Shown: one piece after another, positions 17,574-27,296 of the stretch
Numbering within the stretch: position 1 is the stretch's first letter
Layout: every line of letters starts with the position of its first letter
Origin: Candidatus Norongarragalinales archaeon
GTDB lineage: Archaea > Micrarchaeota > Micrarchaeia > Norongarragalinales > SBBD01
Direction: 5' to 3'
Assembly: GCA_035288785.1 (NCBI GenBank)
Contig: DATDZF010000009.1
Coordinates: forward strand, 330 to 64,329
DNA length: 64,000 nt
Notes under the pieces: model-generated
The model's database searches: none
What the model saw: the letters and a program-made list of their open reading frames with translations, nothing else
What the model was told of the DNA's origin: nothing
Made by a program: the position numbers and the translations under genes

Positions 17574-19769
17574 ATGAATTACCTTTATATTCAGCGCGAA
17601 ATTAATGCTCCCATGGTAGCGGTAGAAGCCATCCCCATTGTGCAGATCGGCGTGATCGTGCTTTCGGCATTCATATTCGGGATCATCTTCTCGAAGATGG
17701 GTTTCTCATCGGCGGTAGGGTATATCCTTGCGGGGCTATTGCTTGGGCCATTTGGGGTGAACTACCTTGCAGCAGATCAGATCGGCGTTGCCTCGGTGTT
17801 TGGAGAGATCGGCGTAATGATGCTCCTTTTCTACTTGGGGCTCGAGCTTAACATCAGGCGGTTCAAGGAAACCGGCGCGATTGCGACAATACTTGCAGCT
17901 GTGGAGATGCTCGCGGCATTCGTGATGGGCTTTGCAATCTCCAAATATTTCGGCTTTTCCGATTTGGAATCGGTTGTTATCGGGGCCATGCTGACCGCCA
18001 CATCCACCGTAATCACCTCGAAGTTCATAATTGAGCGGAAGATGATGGACGGCGCCGAATCCAAGATAGTGATCTCAGTTTTGATCCTCGAGGATTTCCT
18101 GGCAATCCTCATACTGGTCTTTGTCGCAAGCCTTGTGGAGCAAAAATCGCTCAATATCCTCGTGATCAACGCACTTTTCTTCGTAATAGCTATGTTCTTC
18201 CTGGTTAGCAAGGTCTCCAAGCATGTCCTGAATTTCCTTAGCAGCATAGGGTATGAGGACCAGATGTGGCTGTATGCCATTGGGGTATTCATCACTGTAG
18301 CGTTCTTCGGAAGCACCTATCTTGGGCTTAGCGCCGCGCTTGGCGCATATTTTGCGGGCTTTGCGCTTGCGGAAAGCGCGTACGGGGAGAGGATAAAGAG
18401 GGAGCTTGGGCTCTTTAGGGAATTCTTCGTGCTGTTCTTTTTCGTGAGCTTTGGGGCTACCGCCGCATTCCCGGATTCAGGCATGCTGTACTGGATGGTA
18501 GCGGCGCTGGTAATCGGGTATATTCTTGCAAAGCTGCTTTCAGATGTGGTTTTTGGCACCGCCGTAGGATTGGAGATGAAATCCGCAGTGACGGGGGGCC
18601 TATTAATGGGATCCGTCGGGGAGTTCGCGCTTATAATCGCAGCCTCGCTAAAGCCCCTGCACCTGCAAAGCGAGGGGGGAATCCTATCGCTTGCATTCAT
18701 GCTAACCCTCGTAACAACAATCACGATGCCGGTGCTGTTCTCCCAAAAGGATAAGATTACCGCATTTTTCGAGAGGGCATACCCCTTCCAGTTCAGGAGG
18801 AAGGGCTTCCTCGAAGGCCAGATCAATGCGCTGGATGGGCTTGCCAAGGATGCTGCGTTCCAAAACGAGTACCTGGTGTCGCTGGGCGCGCTTTTCAAGA
18901 ACCTCGTGATTGCGGTATCCATCGTATATTTGAGCTACCTTGCAAATTTTGAAATAAAATTGGGCTTTGCGCCGTTCATCCCATCTACCGTATCCGTGAG
19001 CATCATAATCCTCGCCCTTATTGTCTGGCCAATCTATAAGTTCATCAACGAGCTCAAATACATCACAAAGCGCGTGGCAAACGGCCTGCTCATACAGGTA
19101 TTTCCAACGAAGGACAAGAATATCCTTGCGATTGAAAGGCAGGTGGGCGACATCTTCTCGGGGATCGTGCTAGTGCTCACCGGGGCAATAGTAACGGTTT
19201 ACATGTACTACCATTTCCAAAGCGAAATCCTATTCCTGCTCATACCGGCAGCATACACCGTTATTGCCATCATGTACCTCAGCCGTGCATTCTACGGGCT
19301 AATAGAGCAATATGAGCAGTTGGAGGAGAATGTGGGGATCGGCTCGGAAACGACGGCAAACCTCGCATTTGCGGACCTCAGCAAGGAATTCAATGCGCAT
19401 GCAAAAACCCTGCAGCAGCTGCAGGCGGAGAGGATGGAGGCCAAGGACCGCATCCAGGAGGCGATACGGACCAACAACCTCCTGCTTGCGAAGCAGGCGC
19501 TTTCGCAGTTCAAAAAATTCGAAAACCGCGCCCTCACAAACATCATGAACGTGGGCACATACAAGCGCTACCCCCAGCTGCGCTCAATGCTGGAGGCGGA
19601 TGTCAACAAGACGGCAGGCGCAGCCGGAAAGATTGGGGAAATTGACACCAAGGAAGCGTTCGTGAAATACATGCAAGAGCACCTAAAGCCCCAGCTTTAT
19701 GAAATAGAGGCGCACAGAAAGCTAAGGTCGCAAAAGGATGGAAAGGCGAAACTGAAAGGAAAAAAATGA
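17574..19769 (+). CDS. CPA2-family cation/proton antiporter (Kef/NapA-like) with long C-terminal coiled-coil domain
   Basis: About 730 aa; 12-13 TM N-terminal antiporter core followed by about 300-aa soluble/coiled-coil region; start uncertain (17499, 17574 or 17613). Confidence 0.65.
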   Translation: MNYLYIQREINAPMVAVEAIPIVQIGVIVLSAFIFGIIFSKMGFSSAVGYILAGLLLGPFGVNYLAADQIGVASVFGEIGVMMLLFYLGLELNIRRFKETGAIATILAAVEMLAAFVMGFAISKYFGFSDLESVVIGAMLTATSTVITSKFIIERKMMDGAESKIVISVLILEDFLAILILVFVASLVEQKSLNILVINALFFVIAMFFLVSKVSKHVLNFLSSIGYEDQMWLYAIGVFITVAFFGSTYLGLSAALGAYFAGFALAESAYGERIKRELGLFREFFVLFFFVSFGATAAFPDSGMLYWMVAALVIGYILAKLLSDVVFGTAVGLEMKSAVTGGLLMGSVGEFALIIAASLKPLHLQSEGGILSLAFMLTLVTTITMPVLFSQKDKITAFFERAYPFQFRRKGFLEGQINALDGLAKDAAFQNEYLVSLGALFKNLVIAVSIVYLSYLANFEIKLGFAPFIPSTVSVSIIILALIVWPIYKFINELKYITKRVANGLLIQVFPTKDKNILAIERQVGDIFSGIVLVLTGAIVTVYMYYHFQSEILFLLIPAAYTVIAIMYLSRAFYGLIEQYEQLEENVGIGSETTANLAFADLSKEFNAHAKTLQQLQAERMEAKDRIQEAIRTNNLLLAKQALSQFKKFENRALTNIMNVGTYKRYPQLRSMLEADVNKTAGAAGKIGEIDTKEAFVKYMQEHLKPQLYEIEAHRKLRSQKDGKAKLKGKK

Positions 19770-19836
19770 GCGGCGGAATGGGCAAAAAGAACTTAAGGCG
19801 GCCCATCACGGATTTTTGGCGGGATAGGAAGGGTAG

Positions 19837-20832
19837 ATGGCACAGCATAATTGCAGAATGGTTCAACAAGGGAGATTCGACCTAAACGGCGTAAATTTTA
19901 TGAATGACGAGTTCGCATCCAAATACCCTTTCAGCGAAAAGGCAAGGGAATACTTGAGCAGGGAAAACATCGCCGCGGTGAGCGACGAGGAGCTCGAGCT
20001 AGCAGGGGAAAGGGTGCTAAGGGCTTTGCAGGACCTTCCCGCAAGGCGGGAAAAGGTGCATAGGCGCGAGATTGTGGCATATGTCCTATCGAGGATATTG
20101 CTTGGCGCTGCCAACAATCCCGCGGCAACGGCAAAATATGCAAATTCGCAGGCAAGGATCGCAATCGATGCGCTAAAACGGGAGGATGAACAGGAGAATT
20201 TGGAAATAATCTCAAAGGAATTCTTCCCATCCGTGGAATTTTCAAGGGAGGGCGCCTCGCTTTCGGTCCTGGATTACCTGAAATTCGGGGGCAACCTTGC
20301 AAACGAGGATATTTTGGAAGGCCGCGCGCATTTCACGCAAGGCGGCTTTTTGCAGCTGCTCAAGCGGGCAATTGAGATAAAAATTTCAGACATTTCCTTC
20401 AGCCCAAAGGGGCTCCCAGCCAACATAAAGAGGCATGCGGAGGAGCTTGGCAAGGAAATGGAAAAAATTCCTCTTGCAGCCAGGAGCACGGAAAATTTCA
20501 AGGGCAAATACCTCTCGCTTCCTGCAATCCAGAAGATCATGCAGGGGCTTGGCGAGGGCAAGCGGTACTACGGCTCGATGACCCTTGCAATTGCCTGCCT
20601 GAAGGATGGAATCACGCGGGAGCAGGCAGAGCAGGTGATGATAACTTACAGCCGCAACTGCAGCAGGAGCACGCACGCATTCTCCGAAAGGGAGGCATTG
20701 GCAAGCCTGGAATGGGTATACCGGCACCCCACCATAAATTTTTCCATGAAGACGCTTCGCGAGCAGGGGATCTTGGATGAGCAATCATTGCTGGAAACGG
20801 AGCGGCAGATGGGAAGGCTCAGGAAAAAATGA
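19837..20832 (+). CDS. priL: DNA primase large subunit PriL-like
   Basis: 331 aa; N-terminal YPFSEKAREYL matches the archaeal PriL N-terminal motif; only 3 Cys overall; alternative start 19900. Confidence 0.5.
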   Translation: MAQHNCRMVQQGRFDLNGVNFMNDEFASKYPFSEKAREYLSRENIAAVSDEELELAGERVLRALQDLPARREKVHRREIVAYVLSRILLGAANNPAATAKYANSQARIAIDALKREDEQENLEIISKEFFPSVEFSREGASLSVLDYLKFGGNLANEDILEGRAHFTQGGFLQLLKRAIEIKISDISFSPKGLPANIKRHAEELGKEMEKIPLAARSTENFKGKYLSLPAIQKIMQGLGEGKRYYGSMTLAIACLKDGITREQAEQVMITYSRNCSRSTHAFSEREALASLEWVYRHPTINFSMKTLREQGILDEQSLLETERQMGRLRKK

Positions 20833-20943
20833 GTCGGGCATATAATTCAAATGGGGGGAATCCTTGCAGTTTGGGGCTTTATTAGGGGATTTTAACTTTT
20901 AGTACCGGTATTTATCCGCACTTTCAATTCCAATTCAGAAAAG

Positions 20944-21309
20944 GTGGAAACCATGTCAGATGAAGATCTAAGGAATGAGCTAATTGAATTCCAGAACTTG
21001 CAGCAGCAGCTCCAAATCCTGAATATGCAAAAGCAGCAAATCCAGGTGCAGCTTACGGAGCTGGAGAAGGCAAGGGAGGAGATCGGGAAAACGCCGGAGA
21101 AGCACGCGATGTTTAGGTTGGTGGGAAACGTATTTGTGCCTAAGGATGCACAAACGCTAAGGAAAGACCTGGAGGAGGAGAAGGAAACACTCGAGCTTAG
21201 GAAGGGAGGGCTCCTGAAGCAGGAGGGGAAATTGACCGAGCGCGTGAATGCGATTAGGAAGAAGGTGGAGGCGCAGCAAGGAAAGGAGGGCGCAAGCATA
21301 AACGGCTGA
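20944..21309 (+). CDS. pfdB: Prefoldin beta subunit
   Basis: 121 aa; two coiled-coil arms flanking a beta hairpin (MFRLVGNVFVPKD). Confidence 0.8.
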   Translation: METMSDEDLRNELIEFQNLQQQLQILNMQKQQIQVQLTELEKAREEIGKTPEKHAMFRLVGNVFVPKDAQTLRKDLEEEKETLELRKGGLLKQEGKLTERVNAIRKKVEAQQGKEGASING

Positions 21310-22345
21310 TTAAAATTTTCGTTTAATAATCGCAGCCCATACGCCCATTGACGTGGTAAAAGACAAGGTTTAAATATTTGGAAAGCCAAATATTTAGGCA
21401 CTCGAATTGAGCGTTGGTGGGAAGAGATCGAAAAGGCGTAAGACTTTCTGATTCAAGGATTTGCCTCCTTTGGGTTAATCGCCTTTTCTCTCGTACCACT
21501 ATCCAAAAGCCCTAGAGGCGCTTCCGTACTGATAAAAGTGTCACCGGGTTACATTCATTGACGCAAATTGGATCAAAAAATAACAAGAAGCGCTTCCCAT
21601 AACAATACCTTTTAGCCCGACTCCTCCAAAGAGCCCACGCATGAAGATAAATATCGCTTTGCGTAAGCCCACCTGCCCCCAAAGCACATAGAGTGTTATT
21701 CATTTGTCCTCCATGTCGCTTTCCCGACTGACTAGGTACCGGTAGGTGTTTCCAAGGAGAACCTTGAACTCATCCTGGCGCTCTTTCCTATCGATTGCCG
21801 GCTTCAAAAAACCTATTTGCCTCCTTTGCATCCTGATGACCACCACCTTTTTTTGGAAAAATGCGAAGATACTAAAAACGCTAATTGCACTCGAATCCCA
21901 GCGAATTGGAATATTTGGGAAGGGGGCGCATGAATTCAACGGAATTGCCTCCTTTACGGTTTCGGGCGCCCGCCTCCCCATCTTTTGCACATCACCCCGA
22001 TTTGAGCGAATTTTGCCCGGAAAAAGTTTTTCCGGTGCAAGATGAGAATTACGCATGGAATACGCTAGAGCTTTGTTCTTTCAGGCGAGTCAGCAGCAAA
22101 AGCAAGAGAAAGCGCGTCATCCTCGTTTTTTAGGCGGTGAGCTTGGTGGCGCAGAACATGATAGCGTAATTATTCTTCAAAAGCAAATGAGCCCGTTTCG
22201 AAATGAATTCCATCGCTATCACAAGGAAAAAGCGGTGAAAATATATAAAGGTTTGGTTTTACCTCGTAAAATAGCCATTTGTCGATGCGTCCTTCGTAGG
22301 GAAAGAAATAATAAAGTGAAGAAGGGCAATTGTGGACGGGGGGGA

Positions 22346-23950
22346 ATGGAAATGCTAGGTTTTCCTTTAAGCTTCAGGGCGCTGTTTTTCGGCGCTGCGC
22401 TTTCGGTAGTGGTTGCCGCGTACAGCGCATTTGCAGGCCTTAAGGTGGGCGGGGTATACTGGCCAATAGTCACAACCTCCCTGGTTTCGCTTGTATTCCT
22501 GCTTGCACTTGGGAAAACAAGCAAGAATGAAATAAACATCATGCAAACTGCAGGGAGCTCTGGCGGGCTGCTTGCGGCGGGCATCATTTTCACCATACCT
22601 GCCGCGTTCATGATGGGAATCGAAATCTCCTATTTGCAGATCCTTTGGATTTCCCTCATCGGAGGAACGCTTGGGATCGTCTTTTCGTACCCATTAAGGA
22701 AGCAGCTAATTGAGAGGGAAAAGCTGCCATGCGCAGACGGCACTGCCGCAGCAGCGGTAATCGGGGCGGGGGATTCAGGGGGAAGAAAGGCATCGACACT
22801 CATGTGGTCGTTTGGGATTGGCGCTGCATTCTCGATTGCCAGGGATTGGGCAAAGGCCATCCCGGCATTTGTGAACCTTGAGAGCCTGAAAATTGGCGCG
22901 GGAAAAATATTCTCATTCGGAAGCTCGGTTTCACTCATACCGCTCGCAGGTGGGTTCTTGATCGGGCCGCGCTTCACCCTTGCATGGTTCCTTGGCGCAA
23001 TTTTCACTTATTTTGTAATAATCCCATATGCGCTAACAACGGGCCTATTTGCCGATAAGTTTTCGGTGCTCTCCGGGATTGGGAGGCCCCTTGGCGTCGG
23101 GATTGTGCTCGGATCCGCCATCGTCTACTTCCTGCTCAAGGGCCTTCCCCTCATGGGGCGGATGGTCGATGACTGGAAAAAGGCGCGGGCCGGAAGGATG
23201 GCCGGGCTTGCAATGATAATTTGCGCAGGGGCGCTCACATTCGTTTTTAATTTCGGATTGCCGCTTTCGCTGCTGGTGATCATAGGCGCATTCACGATGG
23301 CGTATGTTGGCGCGCGCTCAACTGCGGAAATGAACGTCGACCCCATGGAAATATTTGCGATGCTCGTGCTTATCGTGGCAAAGGTCTTCCTTGGGCAAGC
23401 CGCCCTGCCGCTTGTGATACTTGCCGCAATTGTCACAATAGCCGCGGGGCTTGCAGGGGACATGATGCAGGATTTGAAAACAGGCTATCTGCTAGGGACC
23501 AAACTCGAGCATCAGATCATCGCGCAGGCGGTTGGGATGATTGCCGCATCCATTGCCATTGGCGCGGTATTGATTGCAATTAATTCCACCCATGGGCTTG
23601 GGAGCGCCGAATTCCCCGCTCCGCAGGCAATTGCAGTCAAGGAGCTGGTAGGTTCGCAGGGAATTTCAGACATCCTGGGTTTTGGGATAATTGCAGGGGC
23701 GGCATTGACGGCCATGGTTTCCTACGGCATGCCGCATTTGGGCTTGGTTGCCATTGCATTTGGGATTGGGATCTATGTGCCAATTGAACTTTCCGTGCCT
23801 CTTTTCATCGGCGGGCTACTAAGGCATGCTGCTAACAGTGCAAACCGGACGGAACATTACAGGCTTGTTGCGGCAGGTGCAATAGCGGGCGAGGGCCTTG
23901 CAGGCGTTGCGTTTTCCTTGGTAGGGTTTGCATTCCTGCTGATGAAATGA
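22346..23950 (+). CDS. OPT-family oligopeptide transporter
   Basis: 534 aa from MEMLGF; 14-16 TM helices, OPT-like N-terminal pattern; track ORF extends 97 non-hydrophobic codons further upstream, unlikely to be coding. Confidence 0.6.
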   Translation: MEMLGFPLSFRALFFGAALSVVVAAYSAFAGLKVGGVYWPIVTTSLVSLVFLLALGKTSKNEINIMQTAGSSGGLLAAGIIFTIPAAFMMGIEISYLQILWISLIGGTLGIVFSYPLRKQLIEREKLPCADGTAAAAVIGAGDSGGRKASTLMWSFGIGAAFSIARDWAKAIPAFVNLESLKIGAGKIFSFGSSVSLIPLAGGFLIGPRFTLAWFLGAIFTYFVIIPYALTTGLFADKFSVLSGIGRPLGVGIVLGSAIVYFLLKGLPLMGRMVDDWKKARAGRMAGLAMIICAGALTFVFNFGLPLSLLVIIGAFTMAYVGARSTAEMNVDPMEIFAMLVLIVAKVFLGQAALPLVILAAIVTIAAGLAGDMMQDLKTGYLLGTKLEHQIIAQAVGMIAASIAIGAVLIAINSTHGLGSAEFPAPQAIAVKELVGSQGISDILGFGIIAGAALTAMVSYGMPHLGLVAIAFGIGIYVPIELSVPLFIGGLLRHAANSANRTEHYRLVAAGAIAGEGLAGVAFSLVGFAFLLMK

Positions 23951-24031
23951 ATCGGCAAATTGAGGGAGGACTCATTCGAATTGGGGAAGGGCATTGGCAA
24001 ATAGCGCAATATTTTTTAAAAGAAAAGAAGG

Positions 24032-24151
24032 CTATTTTGACTTGAGCAATTTGCGGATTATATCCTTTTGCTCCTTAGATATGGCTTTTTCTGCAATTGG
24101 GCTCAGGTTCACGCGAAGGGGCTTTTTCTTCGAAGCGGCCTTTTTTGGCAT
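24032..24151 (-). CDS. Possible small basic protein (39 aa, MPKKAASKKKPLRVNLSPIAEKAISKEQKDIIRKLLKSK)
   Basis: Manual translation; Lys-rich; below the ORF-track cutoff; no RBS evident. Confidence 0.25.
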   Translation of the reverse strand: MPKKAASKKKPLRVNLSPIAEKAISKEQKDIIRKLLKSK

Positions 24152-24210
24152 GCAGTAACAATTCCAATCCAGCATTTAAAGATTACTAATTACGATATTG
24201 GAGTGGGAAC

Positions 24211-25125
24211 ATGATTGGTGTGGATTTTGGCGCATCATATCTCGATGTAGCAGTGGTTAGGGGCAGGAAGCTTGAGCGCACCTATTCCATCCCGCAGAAG
24301 TACTACTCGCCGCAGTTCCTGCTGAACATCCTTAAAAATGAGATTCTGGAAGGGGAGGATGGAAAATCGAATGTGGCGGATAGGCAAAATAAACCGTTTA
24401 CCTTGAAAAAGCAGAGGCGGGGGGCCAAGGCAGGAACGGAAAAAACGATTTCGATAACCGGGGGAAAGGCGAGCGAAGCGCTCGTTTCGGTTGTGGGAAA
24501 GAACAACCCCAATATAAGGGCGCTTAGGAAGAGCATGAAAATTAGGGAGGTTGGGGAAATCAGGGCAATTGCAGAGGGCGCCAAATTCCTTTCGGGAAGA
24601 GAAAAATTCGTCGTCCTGAATGTGGGTACCGGTACGCCAATTGTTTTTGTGGAGGGCAACAAAGTTATCCATCTTGCTGGAACGGGTATTGGCGGCGGAA
24701 CCCTTGAAGGGCTTGGAAAATTACTCTTGGGAGCGCAGGTTAGCGAGCTAGAGGGGCTAATGGCAAGAGGCCATGGCAGCCTTGACCTAACGGTAGGGGA
24801 CGTCCTTGGCAGGGGGCTTGGAAACATTCCAGCTGATGCTACTGCCAGCAACTTTGGCAAAACGGCGCGTTTGGATAAAATCCAAAAGGAGGATGTGGCA
24901 ATTTCCATTTTGAAAATGGTGGGCGAAATACTCGGGATCATGGGCGTGCTTGCGGCAAGGGCCAGGAATCTTGATGAAGCCATCTATACGGGAAGGGTAG
25001 TCGACGAGAATAAATTCATCCGGGAGCGGATTTCAAATTCGACTGCATTGTTCGGCGTCAAGGCGCATTTCCCGAAGGATTCAAAATACTGCACGGCAAT
25101 TGGCGCGGCAATTGCGGGAAAATAA
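24211..25125 (+). CDS. ASKHA-superfamily ATPase resembling type II pantothenate kinase (Fumble/CoaW-like)
   Basis: 304 aa; phosphate-1 motif MIGVDFGAS, VVLNVGTGTPIV and LAGTGIGGGTLEGLGKLL motifs as in type II PanK. Confidence 0.5.
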   Translation: MIGVDFGASYLDVAVVRGRKLERTYSIPQKYYSPQFLLNILKNEILEGEDGKSNVADRQNKPFTLKKQRRGAKAGTEKTISITGGKASEALVSVVGKNNPNIRALRKSMKIREVGEIRAIAEGAKFLSGREKFVVLNVGTGTPIVFVEGNKVIHLAGTGIGGGTLEGLGKLLLGAQVSELEGLMARGHGSLDLTVGDVLGRGLGNIPADATASNFGKTARLDKIQKEDVAISILKMVGEILGIMGVLAARARNLDEAIYTGRVVDENKFIRERISNSTALFGVKAHFPKDSKYCTAIGAAIAGK

Positions 25126-25226
25126 CAAATGCACATGCTAAATGAATTGGACGGCTCGGGGAAAAAACAACTAGCCTGAAAAAATAATGGGGGCAATCAC
25201 CGGCTAATATTGGGAGAACTTGGTTT

Positions 25227-26006
25227 TCAAACTTTCTTCTTGCCCGCGTCCTTGACCGCCTTCACCATTTCCCTGACCTTCTTTCGGATGTCGCCTTCCT
25301 CGAAGGCGGTCCCGATCTGGAGCCCGTTTGCACCCGCCGTTATGATCTCTGATGCTTGCTGGGCGGTTTTGATCCCTCCCGCATAGAAATACATGAGCTC
25401 ATCCGCACACGCCTTTGAAACAGCTGCGATCATCTCCCTTGGCGCCGGCTCTGGCGCGCCGCTCCCTACATCAGTAATTACGACATGGGAGCCGGAATAT
25501 TTTGCCGCAAGCGCGCATGAGAATGCCAGGTCCGGCCTATCCCTTGGAACCAAATTGGCATTCCCAATCCAGCCGACGGTGCGGCCGGGCTCTACAACGA
25601 TGTATGAAGTGGGAATGGGCTCGATGCGCATGCGTGCAACGACTGGCGCGGCCTGGATCTGCGCTGTGGAAAGCCAATATGCGTCCCGGCTGTTTAGCAT
25701 ATGCATGAAATAGAGCGCATCTGCATAATCCGTAAGGCCGGAAATGTTCCCGGGGAAAAGGACAACGGGCACGCTCACCTCTTCCTTGATCATTTTCACG
25801 GTTTCATCCAAATGGGCGCCCTGCGCGCCAACAGAGCCGCCGATGAGGATGGCATCCGCGCCCTCCTCATATGAGAGTTTAGCAATAGCGGCGCCCCTTT
25901 CAAGGTAGCTCTTGTCCGGGTCTATCAGGGAAAAGAGCATAGCGCCCTCCTTTTCGATCTTCTCGCGGTAATATTTGCCGACCTTTCCTACTTTCATGTG
26001 CACCAC
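25227..26006 (-). CDS. Geranylgeranylglyceryl phosphate synthase (PcrB family)
   Basis: 259 aa; PcrB/GGGPS TIM-barrel pattern (SLIDPDK..., ADAILIGGS, GGGI). Confidence 0.8.
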   Translation of the reverse strand: MVHMKVGKVGKYYREKIEKEGAMLFSLIDPDKSYLERGAAIAKLSYEEGADAILIGGSVGAQGAHLDETVKMIKEEVSVPVVLFPGNISGLTDYADALYFMHMLNSRDAYWLSTAQIQAAPVVARMRIEPIPTSYIVVEPGRTVGWIGNANLVPRDRPDLAFSCALAAKYSGSHVVITDVGSGAPEPAPREMIAAVSKACADELMYFYAGGIKTAQQASEIITAGANGLQIGTAFEEGDIRKKVREMVKAVKDAGKKKV

Positions 26007-26071
26007 TGCAACGGATTAAGGGAGCAAGGAATAAAAACCGTTCAAGGAAGGACGACCTTCAGAGCACCGGG

Positions 26072-26737
26072 TTAATCGAGGCGCCCTAGCAGCCTTACTG
26101 CAACGTGGCGGACATCCTGGGAGAATTCCTTCCCTGGGTTGGCCCTCTCAATAAGAATACGCTTAACATCTTCCGGGCTTGTGCCTTTCAAATCAGCGAT
26201 AGCATTCAAGGCGTGTACCCTCACGGATGCTTCTGCATCACGGCTGGCGAGGCTTTTCAATATTGCATAACTCCGGAAATTTCCGAGGTTTCCCAGGGCT
26301 TCTGCGAACTTAATTCGGGCATATGGGTCAGAAAACCTGCGATGTTCCCTAAAACCGTGAAGAATATCTGCAAATTGGGGGATGCCAGTTAGCCCAATTG
26401 CCTCGATCAACTTCCCAAGTGCAACTGTCCTGGGACTGGAAGGTTCACGGAGGTAGGTTCCGGCCCTGGCAGGAATCCCCGCCTTTACGAGCAACGCGGT
26501 CATGTTTCCCTCTCTTTCGAACAAGCGCGCAAGGCTTGCAGTAATAATTAAAGGGGGCTCCATTGTTTCGCCCTTCGCTCCTTGTTTACCCCGTTCGCCC
26601 TGTTTGCCGGGAGCAAACATCCCCAAAATGGAACTGGCAACCTGGCCTGGCGTCCTGCGTTCCAGATATAGGTTTTTTGCATGCAGGATGAGCAATGCGC
26701 GCTGCTCTTTTAGCTGCTGCAAGGCAAATTTAGGCAT
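26072..26737 (-). CDS. HEAT-repeat (PBS-lyase-like) protein
   Basis: 221 aa; repeated motifs VRxxAxxALGxL characteristic of HEAT_2/PBS lyase repeats. Confidence 0.6.
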   Translation of the reverse strand: MPKFALQQLKEQRALLILHAKNLYLERRTPGQVASSILGMFAPGKQGERGKQGAKGETMEPPLIITASLARLFEREGNMTALLVKAGIPARAGTYLREPSSPRTVALGKLIEAIGLTGIPQFADILHGFREHRRFSDPYARIKFAEALGNLGNFRSYAILKSLASRDAEASVRVHALNAIADLKGTSPEDVKRILIERANPGKEFSQDVRHVAVRLLGRLD

Positions 26738-26740
26738 GGC

Positions 26741-27247
26741 TTAAACGTGCCCATTATTTTTTTTAACCCTTTCCCTGCGTTTCAGCCTCCGGAGGAAGTA
26801 GATGATTTTGGTGTTGTGGGAGCCGGTCCAGAATATCTTCCTGCAGGAAACGCATTGCCAGAACAGCTCAGCGGACTTGTAGGATTTGGGGGGAACTAGG
26901 GGCTTTATTCTGGCTTTTTGAACCTGCCTCAAATACCCGTTGCACGAAGAACATATTTTTTCGGAAGGAACAGCGCTTTCATCTATTTTTGAGAGGCCGA
27001 TTTTGAACTCGCGGCACACCTGCAGGAGCTGGTCCTCCAGATCGCCGCTTTCAACCAGGCAGCATTTGCAGTAGTTTTTCGCCTTCTGGAAAAGCTGCTC
27101 ATCGCAGGTGAGGAGGATGAGATTATGGGCTAGGGCATGGCGTATCAGGGCATCATCATCCTCAACATGTGGGCTTTCCGCGGAATAGCCAAGCATCCGA
27201 AGCCATCTTGCAAGCTTTTGGAGCATCGCATCTGCGAGGAACATCAT
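26741..27247 (-). CDS. Mut7-C domain (PIN-like RNase plus C-terminal zinc ribbon) protein
   Basis: 168 aa; N-terminal MLxKLARWLRMLGYS Mut7-C signature, C-terminal CxxC...CxxC. Confidence 0.65.
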   Translation of the reverse strand: MMFLADAMLQKLARWLRMLGYSAESPHVEDDDALIRHALAHNLILLTCDEQLFQKAKNYCKCCLVESGDLEDQLLQVCREFKIGLSKIDESAVPSEKICSSCNGYLRQVQKARIKPLVPPKSYKSAELFWQCVSCRKIFWTGSHNTKIIYFLRRLKRRERVKKNNGHV

Positions 27248-27296
27248 AATTTAGGCGACAGCGGGCATCCATTTAAAGATTGCCCGCCAAAAGGGA

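Noticed and set aside
20892-21401. 169-aa minus-strand ORF spanning the prefoldin locus
   Set aside because: Entirely antisense to the well-supported prefoldin beta gene; Ser/Cys/Phe-rich composition typical of a shadow ORF.
22055-22345. Upstream 97-codon extension of the OPT transporter ORF
   Set aside because: Hydrophilic, Arg/Lys-rich, and unlike OPT N-termini, which begin with a TM helix; the internal Met at 22346 is the likelier start.
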